Assembly (NCBI GenBank): GCA_028534125.1
Contig: CM052816.1
Coordinates: forward strand, 75,952,001 to 76,016,000
DNA: 64,000 nt
DNA from: Lama glama
Taxonomy: Eukaryota
Direction: 5' to 3'
Of this stretch, positions 1-12,089 are shown one piece after another. Position 1 is the first letter of the stretch, and each line of letters starts with the position of its first letter. Position numbers and translations under genes: made by a program. The notes under the pieces were generated by a model. That model ran no database searches and was not told where the DNA came from. It was given only the letters and a program-made list of their open reading frames with translations.

Positions 1-1836
1 GTGATGTTGAGCACCTTTTCGTATAACTGTTGGCCATTTATATGTTTTCTTTTGAAAAATGTCTATTCAGGTCCTTAGCACTTTTTAAATTGCATTACTT
101 TTTCCCTATTGAGTTGTATAAATTCCTGATGTATTTTGGATATTAACCCCTTATTAGATATATGGTTTGCAAATATTTTCTCGCATTTTGTAGGTTGCCC
201 TTTCACTCTGTTGACTGTTTCCTTTGCTGTGCAGAAGCTTTTTAATTTGATGTAGTCTCACTTGTCTATTTTTGCTTTTGTTGCCTATTTTTTTGACGTT
301 ATATCCAAAAAATCATTGCCCAGACCACTGTCAAGAAGTTTTCCTCTATGTTTTATTCTAGAGATGTTATAGTTACAAGTCTTACATTTAAGTCTTTAAT
401 CCATTTTGGGTTGATTTTTATGTGTGGAGTGAGATATGTGTTCAGTTTTATTCTTCTACAAGTGAATATCCAGTTCTCCCAATACTATTGATTGAAGAAG
501 TGATCCTTTCCCCACAGTGTGTTCTTGGCACTCTTGTGGAGTATCAGTTGACCATTAATTAATTCATGCATTTATTTCTGGGCTCTCTATTCTGTTCCAT
601 TAGTCCATATGTATGTTTTTATGCCAGTACCATAATGTTTTGATCACTTCAGCTTAGTAATATATTTTGAAACCAGAAAGTGGGATAACTCCAGCTCTGT
701 TCCTCTTGCTTAAGATTGTATACTCTAAAGGGTCTGTGAATTTTAGGATTTTTTTTCTATTTCTATAAAGATTGCCTTTGTGATTTTGATAGGGATTACA
801 TTGAATCTGTAGGTCACTTTGGGTATTACAGACACTTTAACAATTCAGTTCTTCCAATCTGTGAACATGGGATGTCTTTCGATTTATCTGTGTCTTCAGT
901 TTCTTTCATCAATGTATCATGATGTTCCATATTCAAGTCTTTCAGCTCTTTGGTTAACTTTATTCCTAAGTATTTTATTCTTTTTCTTCCTGGTGTAAAT
1001 GGGATATTTTTTTCTTAATTTTCTTTTCAAATAGTTCATTGTTATATATAGAAGCATCACTAATTTTGTATGTTGATTTTCTATACTGCAACTTTAATGA
1101 ATTTATTAGCTCTAACACTTTTTCTGTTGTATTTTTAAAGTTTTCTACACATATACTCAGATCATCTGCAAATACAGATAAGTTTACTCTTCCTTCCAAT
1201 TTGAATGCTTTTTCTCTCTTTTCCCGTATAATTGCTTTGGCTAGGACTTCCACTACTATGTTGAATAAAGTGAAAAGAGTGGGTATACTTGCCTTTTATT
1301 GAATGTGAGACGAAAAATGCTTTTTCCTCCATCAGTTGTGATGTTAGCTATAGGCTTTTCATCTATGCTCTTTATTGTATAAAGTTCCTTCTATACCTCT
1401 TTTCTTGAATTTTTTTTCTACCATGATTAGATGTTGAATTTTGTCAAAATCTTTTGTGCATCTGTTTGAGGTGATCATGGGGTTTTTATCTTTCATTCTA
1501 TTAATGTGGTGTATCACTTCAAGTCATTTGCATATGTTGAATCATCCTTGCATCTTGGGGATAAATCCAACTTGGTCATGGCGTATGATCCTTTTACTAT
1601 GCTATTGAATTTGGTTTACCAGTGTTTTATTGAGGATTTTTGCATTTGTGTTCATGAGGGATATTGGCCTGTAGTTTTCTTTTCTTGTGATGTCTTTGAT
1701 TTTGGTATTAGAGTGATTTTGGCCTCATAAAATAAGTTTGGACATGTTTCTTTTTATCTTTTTCCTTTTTTGGAAGAGTTTGAGAAGGACTGGTATTAAT
1801 TCTTCTCTGAATGCTTGATAGAATTTACCCATGAAG

Positions 1837-2208
1837 CTATCTGGTCTGGGCTTTTCTTTTTGGGAGATTTTTGATTGCTAATTCAATCTCCTTGTTTGTT
1901 TTTGATCTATTCAACTTTCTATTTCTTCTTTTTTAAATTAAGGAAATACATATATTTATTGAAGTATAGTCAGTTTACAATGTTGTGTTAATTTCCGGTG
2001 TACAGCATAGCTATTTGGTCTGGGGCTTTTCATTTTTGAGAGGTTTTTTTGGGGGGGGGAGATTTTTGATTGCTAATTCAATCTCCTTATTTATTTATTT
2101 TTAATCTGTTTAGCTTTCTATTTCTTTTTTTAATTAGGGAAATATATATATATTTATTGAAGTATAGTCGATTTACAATGTTGTGTCAGTTTCTGGTGTA
2201 CAGCATAG
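1837..2208. repeat. Diverged tandem duplication (copies 1837-2010 and 2011-2208)
   Basis: Both copies run from 'ctat(c/t)tggtctggg' through 'gagatttttgattgctaattcaatctcctt' to 'ggtgtacagcatag'. Confidence 0.9.
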
Positions 2209-2272
2209 TGATTCATATTCTTCTTCAATATGGGCCATTACAAGGTATTGAATATAGTTCCCTATGCTATAC
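2130..2272 (-). mobile_element. Short young L1 3'-UTR tail inserted in the old L1
   Basis: Contains 'ttgaagtatagtcgatttacaatgttgtgtcagtttctggtgtacagc', the cetartiodactyl-type L1 3' end. Perfect 13-bp TSD TCTATTTCTTTTT at 2117-2129 and 2273-2285. Confidence 0.85.
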
Positions 2273-2597
2273 TCTATTTCTTTTTGATTTAGTTTTTGTA
2301 GGTTGTGTATTTCTAGGAATTTATCTATTTCATCTCTCCAGTTGGAGTTGTTCATAATATACATTTTGATCATTTTTATTTCTGAGGCGTCTGTTGTAAT
2401 GTCTCCTTTTTTATTTCTGATTTTATTTATTCATGTCTTCTCTTTTTCTCTTGGTCTAGCTAAGGGTATATCAATTTTGCTTATTTTTCAAATCCAAAAT
2501 TTTACTTAAAAATTTTTTTTTATTGTTTTCTTATTCTCTATTTGGTTTATTTCTGTTCTAATCTTTACTATTTCCTTCCTTCTGCTAACTTAGGTTT

Positions 2598-2932
2598 GGG
2601 CTACTTCTGGGTTCACAGTTGGGTTTGCAGATGACAGACTGTTACCAGGGGTCCAGGACTGCTCCTGGACCAGAGCTGGAGCAAAACCTACAGGGGGTTG
2701 GAGCTGCTTCTGGTCCACAGTTGGGACCACAGTCAGCAAGGCAGTCACTGGGGCATGGGCTTGCCTTCTCAAAACAATTCTCTCCAGTGGTGGGCTCCAC
2801 TAAAATTTTGTAACATCGTACCTGGATCCCCAAACTCCCATAAAGGCATTTTTGTCCATGGGTGGCTGCCAAATCATTATTTCTGTGGGGGTACATGAGC
2901 TGGGAACCTTCTATTCTGTCATCTTGCTATTG
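2598..2932 (-). mobile_element. L1 5' UTR terminus (old L1M-type)
   Basis: GC-richer block ending in 'ctattctgtcatcttg'. Its reverse complement CAAGATGACAGAATAG resembles the CAAGATGGCGG (YY1) start of L1 5' UTRs. Confidence 0.6.
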
Positions 2933-3504
2933 CTCTGAACTGTTCTTTTCTAAGCGTTCTTTTTTATTAAGTGAACTTTGAGAATGAAAGTTATTCTTTA
3001 TTTTCCCCTTACTTGAAAATTCCTTTCCATCAGCTTCTTCTCCTACTTCAGTGAGCATTGCAGTTTGTCATATTTATTTTGTCTGTAGGAGTTCATCACT
3101 GCATCTGAAAGGCAGTTTTATTAAGCAAAGCTCCTATGTACTTATTGACAAAAAAATTGGACTTCAGATGCACCTCCTTAACAATACAAAGACAAAGACT
3201 AGAAAACTTGAGTATCAATTTTCAATCACAGTCTCCTGTTTATATGTTACATTGTTCAGTATTTTAGTGCTAAATCTTAATTTTTACCATCTTTCCCTTA
3301 TAGCTATTACTGTTTTATACAGCTTGCATTCACATTTTTTCATATACTTACTATCTTCTTTGCTCATTATTCCTTATTATATTTCAGATTTTCTTTCTGT
3401 ATCATTTTCCCCCTTTTCTTGAAATGTATCTTTTAATCACCAACTGTTAGAGACAATACTCAGCTTTACATTTGCTTGAAAATGTCTTTATTTCACCCTT
3501 ATTC

Positions 3505-3653
3505 TGCCATGTGAGGACACACTGAGAAGCCAAAAGAGGACATTCACCAGATCTTAACCATGCTGACAGTCTGATCTTGGACTTCCAACCTCCTTGTTTA
3601 CAAGCTACTCCATGTATGGTAGTTAATTATAACAGCCTGAATGGACTAAGTCA
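3505..3653 (+). mobile_element. MaLR LTR fragment (MLT1A-like), 3' part
   Basis: 'gccatgtgaggacac', 'ctgatcttggacttccaacctcc' and the terminal 'acagcctgaatggactaagtca'. Confidence 0.75.
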
Positions 3654-5149
3654 ACATTTGATCTATTTGTCAACAAAATGAGTGATGAAAGTTCAGGATG
3701 GATGAGGATGTACTTTCTATCAGTTGTGCCTTCTAAGAGCTCTCAGTCTGGCACAGAGAGGTGACATATATTGGTCTGATTTTCAGTGAAACCTCTTCCT
3801 TGAGGATGACAATGCTTTGATGTTATCCAGTGCCTTTCCTCTGCAATCTGCTCTTAGGCTGACATACAACTCCCTCTTTGCCTACTAACCAGCAGCAGGC
3901 GAGAGCAAGAAATGTGTGTGGTATCAGCAGCACTGACTTCTGTGCCCATTAACTTAAACCTCTGGTGATCTTGGGTGGTGTCTGGATGGTGAAACTGAGT
4001 TATTTACAGAATCACACTGATAATGATCATGACATGTACTTGGAGCTCATCGATGGCTGCACACTTCAGAATTTCCTTATTATTTTTTATGATTATCATC
4101 ATGTCTACAAAAGTTCAAGGGATGGGGGAGCCCAGGGAAGTTTCCTGAGGGTTCTGGTCTTTAGTTCTCCTTTATGTGGTCAGCCCTGGTCTCAGCATCA
4201 TGTTATAATAATTGCATTAGCAGATTCCTTCTATTTCATAAGTTCCAGCCAGGAAGACCAAGCAGTGAGTTGGATCTTCCACTCTAACAAATGATTATGT
4301 TTATTGGACACCTGTATAGTGGTTGACTTATTGACATATATGGTCTCATGAAAGCCTCATTTTAGTGGCTTTTCTAATTACTGGTGTTGTTACCCAGGTA
4401 GTGGGATAGGTGGAGTTTATATGCAGGTCCTCTAACTCTAGTTATAGTCATCCTTCCATTTCAACACAGGCTGGCTGGGCTTTCCCCCTGATTTCTCATG
4501 ATGCTACAGCTACTGGAGGAGACAGTTGTAGATCTTGACTTCACAGATACTGTAGGGTGGACACAGCTGTTGATCTCAGTCACCTTCTTTTCTACTTGAT
4601 TTCACTGTGAATGTCACCTTTCAAATGCTGCTGCCCTGATTTCTTCATTTGATCTTCAATTCCCCGTTGGCTGTTTGTTACTATATATCAGTTTTAATGG
4701 TGGGTTCAGGTCAATCAGGTTGATAAGTTCATTTAGACTCTGAGAAAGAAGTCTGGAAACGTGGGGCTTTAAAGGTAGCTGGCAGGAACCTATTGTGTGA
4801 TTCTGGAGAAGTTTCTTAATCCTTTGAGGTCACTGTTCTCATCTGTATGAAAGTGCTGGCCCAGATCAATGATTTGTAATTACAAGAACTCTTTTTTCTC
4901 CCCTAAATGAACTCTGACATAGACTTCAGTTTGTCAAACAGACAAAATCAGTGTAGTCAGGTTGAAGCAGGGGTGGGGGGCCAGGGCATTGCCTTCTTGG
5001 CCTCCCTGATTCTCCTGTAGTGGCTCCTGAGACACTGATCCAGATGACATAGATGATTGCTACATTACTATTATTAGTTGCTCCTGGGCTTGTCTTACTG
5101 TTTTCTGAGTGTTTAGTGCTGGGGAAGTCTGAGCTGTTCAACATCTGTA

Positions 5150-5375
5150 GGAGGACTGAAACTGGAATTGGATGCCTGCGTTTGAATCCCAGTCCTACCT
5201 CCTGGTTGTCCAGGTCACCTTTAGTGAATCACTTAATCTCTATGCATCTGTTTCTGTATCTTTAATTAAGGGTAATAATAGTACGTGCCTCGTAGGGTTG
5301 TTGTGAACATTAAAATAGTTCATGTATGCAAAGCACTTAGTGTAGTGGCCGGCACTGTATACGTGACAGCTATTA
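5150..5375 (+). mobile_element. MIR SINE
   Basis: 'tttgaatcccagtcct...cacttaatctctatgcatctgtttct...taataatagtacgtgcctcgtagggttgttgtgaacattaaa...aaagcacttag'. Confidence 0.85.
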
Positions 5376-5493
5376 GTCTTATCATCTCGAGGATCTAGCG
5401 GGGTTTTGTAGGGAGTGGAAGCTTAACAGTAACCATTAATTAAATGGTTTCTTCAGAATGCAGACCTGGGAGAGCTTTCGCTGTCATGTGGTT

Positions 5494-5668
5494 CAGTGTT
5501 TCATAAATTTGCCTTTATGGAGGCTTTCCTGGGTCTTCTGTTAAAATGCAGTTTCCTAGACCTCACTGCTAGACTCACTGAACCAGCATGTCCAGGGAAG
5601 CAGTATGGAAATCTGTTTCTAACAAGTGTCCTACGAAATATTTATGAACAGACACATTGAGAAATACG
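5494..5668. mobile_element. MER5-family hAT-Charlie MITE
   Basis: 'tgttaaaatgcagtttcctagacctcac...actgaa...aatctgtttctaacaag'. Confidence 0.65.
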
Positions 5669-5679
5669 ATGGTATTCGA

Positions 5680-5810
5680 CTCTTGCATTTCACAGATTAG
5701 AAAACTGAGTGTGTGGGATGAGAAACCACTTGGCTCAAGGTCAGAGTTAGTGGTAAAATAGGGACTTAAATCCTGGTCCCTGGCCCTGGTCCAGAATTAT
5801 TCTCACTCAC
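5680..5810 (-). mobile_element. MIR fragment
   Basis: MIR core 'catttcacagattagaaaactgag...cttggctcaaggtcaga'. Confidence 0.7.
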
Positions 5811-7379
5811 CCCTTTTTTGCTGTGATGATTCTGTCATTTCTGTCCAGGGGCCTGAGGTATGCTATATAGAACCAGACGTTTCAGGACATTACCAAAGCA
5901 GCGTTTAGCTGGGGGCACAACTTACCTGCCGGAAGGGTATGTGAGTTCTCCTCTTTAGACTGATCTTGAGCTCCCTTGTTTGTTCTTGACTTTGTGCCTA
6001 GGATAATGATCTCTGGGAATCTGCATGTCCTGAATGATCTCAAAGTCTGGTAATATTTCTTGCTGTCCAGTTTTCACAGGAACAAGCAATACATTTCAAA
6101 ATGCAGGTCAGTGCCAAGATGTGGGAGTGGGCAGATAGATGAAATGAAAATGCCAAAATGCTGAGTACACTTAGCCAATTTGCATCATGTGAAACACTTT
6201 GGAGCCTGAGGACAGAAACCAAAAATATGCTTCTGTTTAGAGGCGGCCAACAGCATCAATTACCAGTGTTATTACTGTTATTACCATCATCACTACCATC
6301 ATTCTTCTTCTCATGAATCTGAAGGTAGGAAGCTGGACTCTGTCTCTTCCTGCAGGAAGGAAGAGCTGTGATGCGTTTCAGACGAGTAAGTGTGGGGGCA
6401 TGTACAGCCCCATAACTCCGCCCCTCAGCTCAAACCACAGCTCTTAGCTCTCCCGCCCACAAGTGTTCAGTCTTTTTCTCACTGTGATGCCAATTTTCCA
6501 TGCCCAGGCCTGCTCTAGCAGCAAAGAATTAAAAAAAAAAAGGTGTAGAGTAAACAGATCCTGTTGGAGAATTAGGACCCTCTCCAGGAGGAGAGCAGAT
6601 GGAAGGCTAAAGCAGAGAGACCATGAGGCAGAAGTGTGGTGACAGGGGAGGGTAGGTGGAGTCCTTGAACTTGAACAGATTTAGAGATCAAAAGATAAGA
6701 TGTAATTAGAGTTCAGGTCCTCAGGGGAAGTGCCAATTTTAAACTCTACTGGTGGGGTTGAACTTTACTTAGAGGGAGGAGAAGAAATCCAATCGAGTGC
6801 CTTAAAAAAGAATGAAACAGTCCATGTAGATGCCCACTCTTTTATTCACTCAGCCTAGTTCTGCTGCTTTGGATAACAAACCCAACTCCTCTTCTTACAG
6901 TGGAAGATGCTGGCGCCCAGGTAGAAATCCATATTCCTTTGAAGGCAAAGTTCTTGTCTCTAACCTGATTTTTATAGATAGAGCTTAAATCTCCTTTTCT
7001 AGGATGGAGCTAAGGAGTGTGGGAGATTCCCAGAATGTAAAATAGGCAATATTTCATTTGTCCTCCTAGCTAGCTCCTTGTTCTCCAGCCAGACATTTAT
7101 TTTAAGCTTCTTAAACAATTTTCTCTCTATTTCAATTGAGTAAAGATTTGGCATGGCATTAAGTTATAAGAGGAATAAAATACAGAACACACAATTACAT
7201 GGTTTTTACTAAATGATCCTGGACTAAAGAACATCTTCCCAAATCTACGGTGCAGTTATTACTGATGTTCATGTTGATGACTTTTAGACACTGAAAGATT
7301 CCCAAATGCTTTCTTATTCCTTAAGCAATATCGAATTATATTTTTTCCAATTTTATTATAGATTAAATAATACTTTGAA

Positions 7380-7520
7380 ATGGATTGAAAATCAGAGAGT
7401 CCATGTTCATCTCCTCATTTTTCAGATAAAGAAATGAAAATGCAAAGTGACTTGCTCAGAGTCACACACACTGGTGAGCAGCAGAGCTGGGATTACAATT
7501 TAGGTCTTTTGATTCCTCTA
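7380..7520 (-). mobile_element. MIR fragment
   Basis: 'ctcatttttcagataaagaaatgaaa...aagtgacttgctcagagtcacac...gcagagctgggatt'. Confidence 0.75.
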
Positions 7521-7773
7521 TATGTATTATAATCTTTCAAAATTCAGTCAGTTCACAGTGGTGTTTCCTTTTCAGTAGGTTTAATTTATGTTCTGCTGTG
7601 TATTTAGCACTGAGCTCCTTAATCTGCTTATGTATGTGTGTTATGTGTGTGTAGATGTGTGTGTGTGTGTAAGAGCAGAAGAAATACAAGAAATGGTACT
7701 AGTCTCCCAAGTACTTACAACCTAGTCAGGGATATGAGACCTACACAGGTAAAGCAGTAATGTATGATACAGT

Positions 7774-7938
7774 TCAGTGATGTTTCCCAAAATTTATACT
7801 CATGAAAATCTCCGGGAATCTTGTTAAAATGCAGATTCTGATTCAGTGGGTATGGGGTGAGTCCGAAGATTCTGCATTTCTTACAGACTCTCAGGTGAAG
7901 CCTATTCTGTCAGAAGAGACATTCTCTGAATAATAAGG
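7774..7938. mobile_element. MER5A MITE
   Basis: 'cttgttaaaatgcagattctgattcagtgggtatggggtgag...ttctgcatttct'. Confidence 0.8.
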
Positions 7939-8206
7939 TAAGGCAGGAGATAATTAAGGGGCAAATTATGTGGTATAATTAGAAGACATGAAGGAGTCAA
8001 GAGTAATGAAGGGTAATCAGGGATATTTTATGGAACACATGGAATTTGAGCTCATCTTGAGTAATGGTCTGACTTTGACTTGATAAAAGAGTTAGACAAA
8101 GGAATAAAGTGAGCTCAGAGTGGAGGCACAGGGGCAGGAATGGGTGAAATGTGCTTGTGGGATGGTGAAGAAACCAGTCTGCCTGGATTGGACAGGGTAA
8201 GGTTGC

Positions 8207-8730
8207 TGTGGGAGGCAGCCCCTGAGATGGCTCCCATGGACTCTGCCTTCTAGTATTTATTCCCTTGTGCGATGCTGTCCTTTGTGTCTGGCCTGGTTCT
8301 GGTGACTTGCTTCTAGGGAAGAGAATATAGCAAAAGTGAAGGGGTGCCATTCCCAAGATTAGGTCGCAAAGAGACTGACTTCAGTCCTGCTCACTCTGTT
8401 GCACTATCACTTTCTCTGAAAGAAGCCAGCTGACGTGAGATGAGCTGCCCTGGAGAGTGGGCATGGGAGCTGATGTGATGTCCCAGGTCAATAGCTAGCG
8501 AGGATCTGAGATGTTGCAACAGCTGCGTTGGTGAGTTGAAAGTATATCCCTTCTGAATCAAACCCTGAGATGGCTATAGCCTTGACAGACATGGAGAGAC
8601 TGAGCCAGAGGACACAGCAAAGCCACTCCCGGATTCCTGGCCCACAGAAACTGTGAAATAATTAATGTTTACTGTTTTAAGATGCTAAATTTAGAGGTAG
8701 TTTGTTACACTGCCAGGGATAACTAATGTA
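8207..8730 (+). mobile_element. MaLR solo LTR (MLT1F-like), within a probable L2 remnant
   Basis: Starts TGTGGGAGGC and ends 'cccacagaaactgtgaaataattaatg...gataactaatgta'. 5-bp TSD GTTGC/GTTGG (8202-8206, 8731-8735). Confidence 0.85.
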
Positions 8731-8919
8731 GTTGGAAGTAATTTTGAAAGGAGAAGGAGGTGATGTGAGATCTAATTGTGGAGCAGGGAGAGGCTTGAAA
8801 GACTGGTACAGCAATTAGGACATGATATGAAAACGATTTTATGTTTTAAGTTCTCTCTAACCCCCCCCCCCACGGCTTTATAGAGATATAATTCATATAT
8901 CAAATAATTCACTCATTTA

Positions 8920-10051
8920 CTTCCTTTTCTTCTTTTGTCTCTTATGATTTGGTGACTCTCTTTAATATTATGTTTAAATTCCTTTTTCTTTTTTGTGTGT
9001 GTATCTATCATAGATTCTTCGTTTGCAGTTACCATCGGATTTGGTATAACATTCCGTATATGTATGTAATTGCTTTAAGTTGCTGATGTCTTATTTTCAG
9101 ACGCATTTTAAATACTCTGCATTTGTACTCTTCTCCCCTCACAATTACTAGTTTTGTATGTCATATTCTACATTTGTTTTGTGTGTCTCTTAACTGCTTA
9201 TTGTGGTTACAGATACTTTTACTACTATTGTCTTTTACCCTTCTTACTAGTTTGTGTCAGATAATTTCCTACCTTTATTGTGTTTACCTTTACCAGTGAG
9301 CTTTTCCATTTTGTAATTTCCTGTAGCTGTGACTTTTCTTTTCTGCCTAGAGAAGTTCCTTTAATATTTGTTATAAAGCTAGTTTGGTGGTGCTGAATTC
9401 TTTTAGCTTTTGCTTGTCTGTAGAGCTTTTGATTGCTCCATTAAATCTTAGTGAGAGCCTTGCTGAATAGAGAGTTCTTGGTTGTAGGTTTTTCCCTTTC
9501 ATCACTTTGAATACATTGTGCCACTCCCTTCTGGCCTGCAGAGTTTCTGCAGAAAAATCAGCTTATAGTCTTATCGTAGTTCCTTTGTATGTTATTTGTT
9601 GCTTTTCCCTTGATATTTTTAATATTCTCTCTTTATCTTTAATTTTTAACATTTTAATTATAATATGTTTCGGTGTTCTTTTTGGGTTAATCCTTTAGGG
9701 ACTCTGCACTTCTTGGTCTTGGGTGATGGTTTCCTTTCCCAGGTTAGGGAAGTTTTCGCTATTATGTCTTCAAATATTTTCTCAGGTCCTTTCTCTCTTT
9801 CTTCTGGGACCCCTATAATGCAATGTTAGTGTGCTTTTATATTGTCCCAGAGATCTCTTAAACTGTCTTCATTTCTTTTCATTCTTTTTTTTTTTTCTGT
9901 TCTATGGCAGTGATTTCCACTACTCTGTCTTCCAGCTCACTGATTGGTTCTTCTGCCTCATTTAGTCTACTATTGCTTCCTTCTAGTGTATTTTTCATTT
10001 CAGGTATTGTATTCTTCATCTCTGTTTGGTTGTTCTTTATTTTTTTCTATT
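8920..10051 (-). mobile_element. L1 ORF1 3' half plus inter-ORF spacer, inserted as a unit
   Basis: Minus translation 'QQITYKGTTIRL*ADFSAETLQARREWHNVFKVMKGKNLQP' (L1 ORF1p). Flanking repeat TAATT(C/T)ACT(C/A)ATTTA at 8905-8919 and 10052-10066. Confidence 0.85.
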
Positions 10052-11488
10052 TAATTTACTAATTTAAAGTGTACAACTCATTGGCTTTTAGTGTGTTCAT
10101 GGAGTTATGAAACTGTCACCACAATCCATTTTTGGATACTTCCATCATCCCTCAAAAAAATCATGTACCCATTAGCAATCACACCCCATTTCCTATCCAA
10201 CCTCCCAGTCTCAGGCGACCACGAATCTACTTTCTGCCTCTATGGATTTTCTTATTCTGGATATTTCAGATGAATAGAATAATGTATGTGGACTTTTTGT
10301 GTCTGGCTTCTTAGCATAATATTTTAAGGCTTTTCTGTGTTGTAGCACATATCAGTATATTATGACATTTTAATGCCAAATAATATTACATTGTATGGGT
10401 ATACTACATTTTGTTCATCTCTTGATCAGTTCATAGTTGTTTGGGTTATTTATACCTTTTGGCTATTACAAATAATGTTGCTATGAACATTCATCTAAAA
10501 GATTTTGTGTGGACTGTGTTTTCATTTCTCTAGGGTATATGCCTACAAGTAGAATTTGTGGGTCATATCATAACTTCACGTTTAACATTTTAAGGAACTG
10601 TCAAATTGTTTTCCAAAGTGGCTGCACCATTTAACATTTCCTCTAGAAATGTATGAGGGCTCTAATTTCTCTGTATCCTCACCAATACTTGTTACTACTA
10701 TCTATCTTTCTAATTATATCCATCCTGGTGTGTATGAAGTAGTATGTCTCTGTGATTTTGATTTGTATTTCTCTAATGACTAATGAGCCCAAGCATCTTT
10801 CCATGTGCATATTTGCCATTTGTATATCTTCCTCAGAGAAATAATCAAATCCTTTTTCCGTTTTTAAATTGGTTATTTGTCTTTTTATTATTGAGTAGTA
10901 AGAGTTCTTTATATATTCTACGTACACATCTCTTATCATGTATGTGATTTGCAAAAATATTCTGCCATTCTGTGGATTGTCTTTTAAAGGTGTCCTTCAA
11001 AGCACAACTGGTTTTAATTTTGATGAAATCTGATTTATATATATTTTTTCTCTAGTCACTTACACTTTTAGTATTGTATCTAAGAAAGCTTTGCCTTGCC
11101 CCAGGTCACCAAGATTTAATCCTATGTCTTCTTCTAGGATCTTTGTAGTTTTAGCTCTTACATGTACATCTAGTATACATTTGGAGTTAACTTTTGTTTA
11201 TGGTGTAAGGAAGAGGTTCAACTTCATTCTTTTACATGTGGATATACAGTTTTCCTAGCACTATTCCTTGAAAAGACCATTTTTCCCCATGAAATTGTCT
11301 TATGCTCTTATTGAGAATCAACTGGCCATAAATGTGAGGATTTATTTTAATAATTTTATTAAAAATATTATCTTTAATGATTCATTTTATTCTTAATTAT
11401 TTTAATTCAGTTTTATTAATTTTAATCCACTTATCTGTGTCTGTTCTTTTGCCAGTACCACACTGTCTCGATTACCTTAGCTTTGTAG

Positions 11489-12089
11489 TTTTGTTTTCAA
11501 TTGAAATATAGTCAGTTTATAATGTTGTGTTAATTTCTAGTGTACAGCATAATATTTCAGTCATGCATATACATACATATATTCATTTTCATATTCTTTT
11601 TCATTATAGGTTACTACAAGATATTGAATATAGTTCACTGTGCTATACAGAAGAAACTTGCTGTTTATCTATTTTATATACAATAGTTAGTATCTGCAAA
11701 TCTCAATCTCCCAATTTATCCTTTCCCACACCTTTCCCCCAGGTAACCATAAGTTTATTTTCTATGTCTGTGAGTCTGTTTCTGTTTTGTAAATAAGTTC
11801 ATTTGTCTTTTTTTTTTTTAGATTCCACATATAAGTGATATCATATGGTATTTTTCTTTCTCTTTCTGGCTTACTTCACATAGAATGACAATCTCCAGTT
11901 CCATCCATGTTGTTGCAAATGGCATTATTTTATTCTTTTTTATGTCTGAGTAGTATTCCATTGTATAAATATACCACAACTTCTCAATCTAGTCATCTGT
12001 CAATGGACATTTAGGTTGCTTCCATGTCTTAACTGTTGTAAATAGTGCTTCTATGAGTATTGGAGTGCATGTTTCTTCTCCAATTAGTG
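11489..12089 (-). mobile_element. Young lineage-specific L1 3' end
   Basis: 'ttgaaatatagtcagtttataatgttgtg...ataggttactacaagatattgaatatagttc...agattccacatataagtgatatcata'. Closely similar to the copies at 44.8 kb and 62.8-63.0 kb. Confidence 0.9.

Larger units (their letters stand above)
1..2597 (-). mobile_element. Old L1 (L1MA/L1M-type), decayed ORF2 (RT and C-terminal region); runs off the window start
   Basis: Minus ORF 975-1253 contains the L1 RT motif 'VNLSVFADDLSICVENFKNTTEKVLELIN'. ORF 2173-2373 contains 'DEIDKFLEIHNLQKLNQKEIE'. The plus strand is T-rich, as for antisense L1. Confidence 0.95.
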
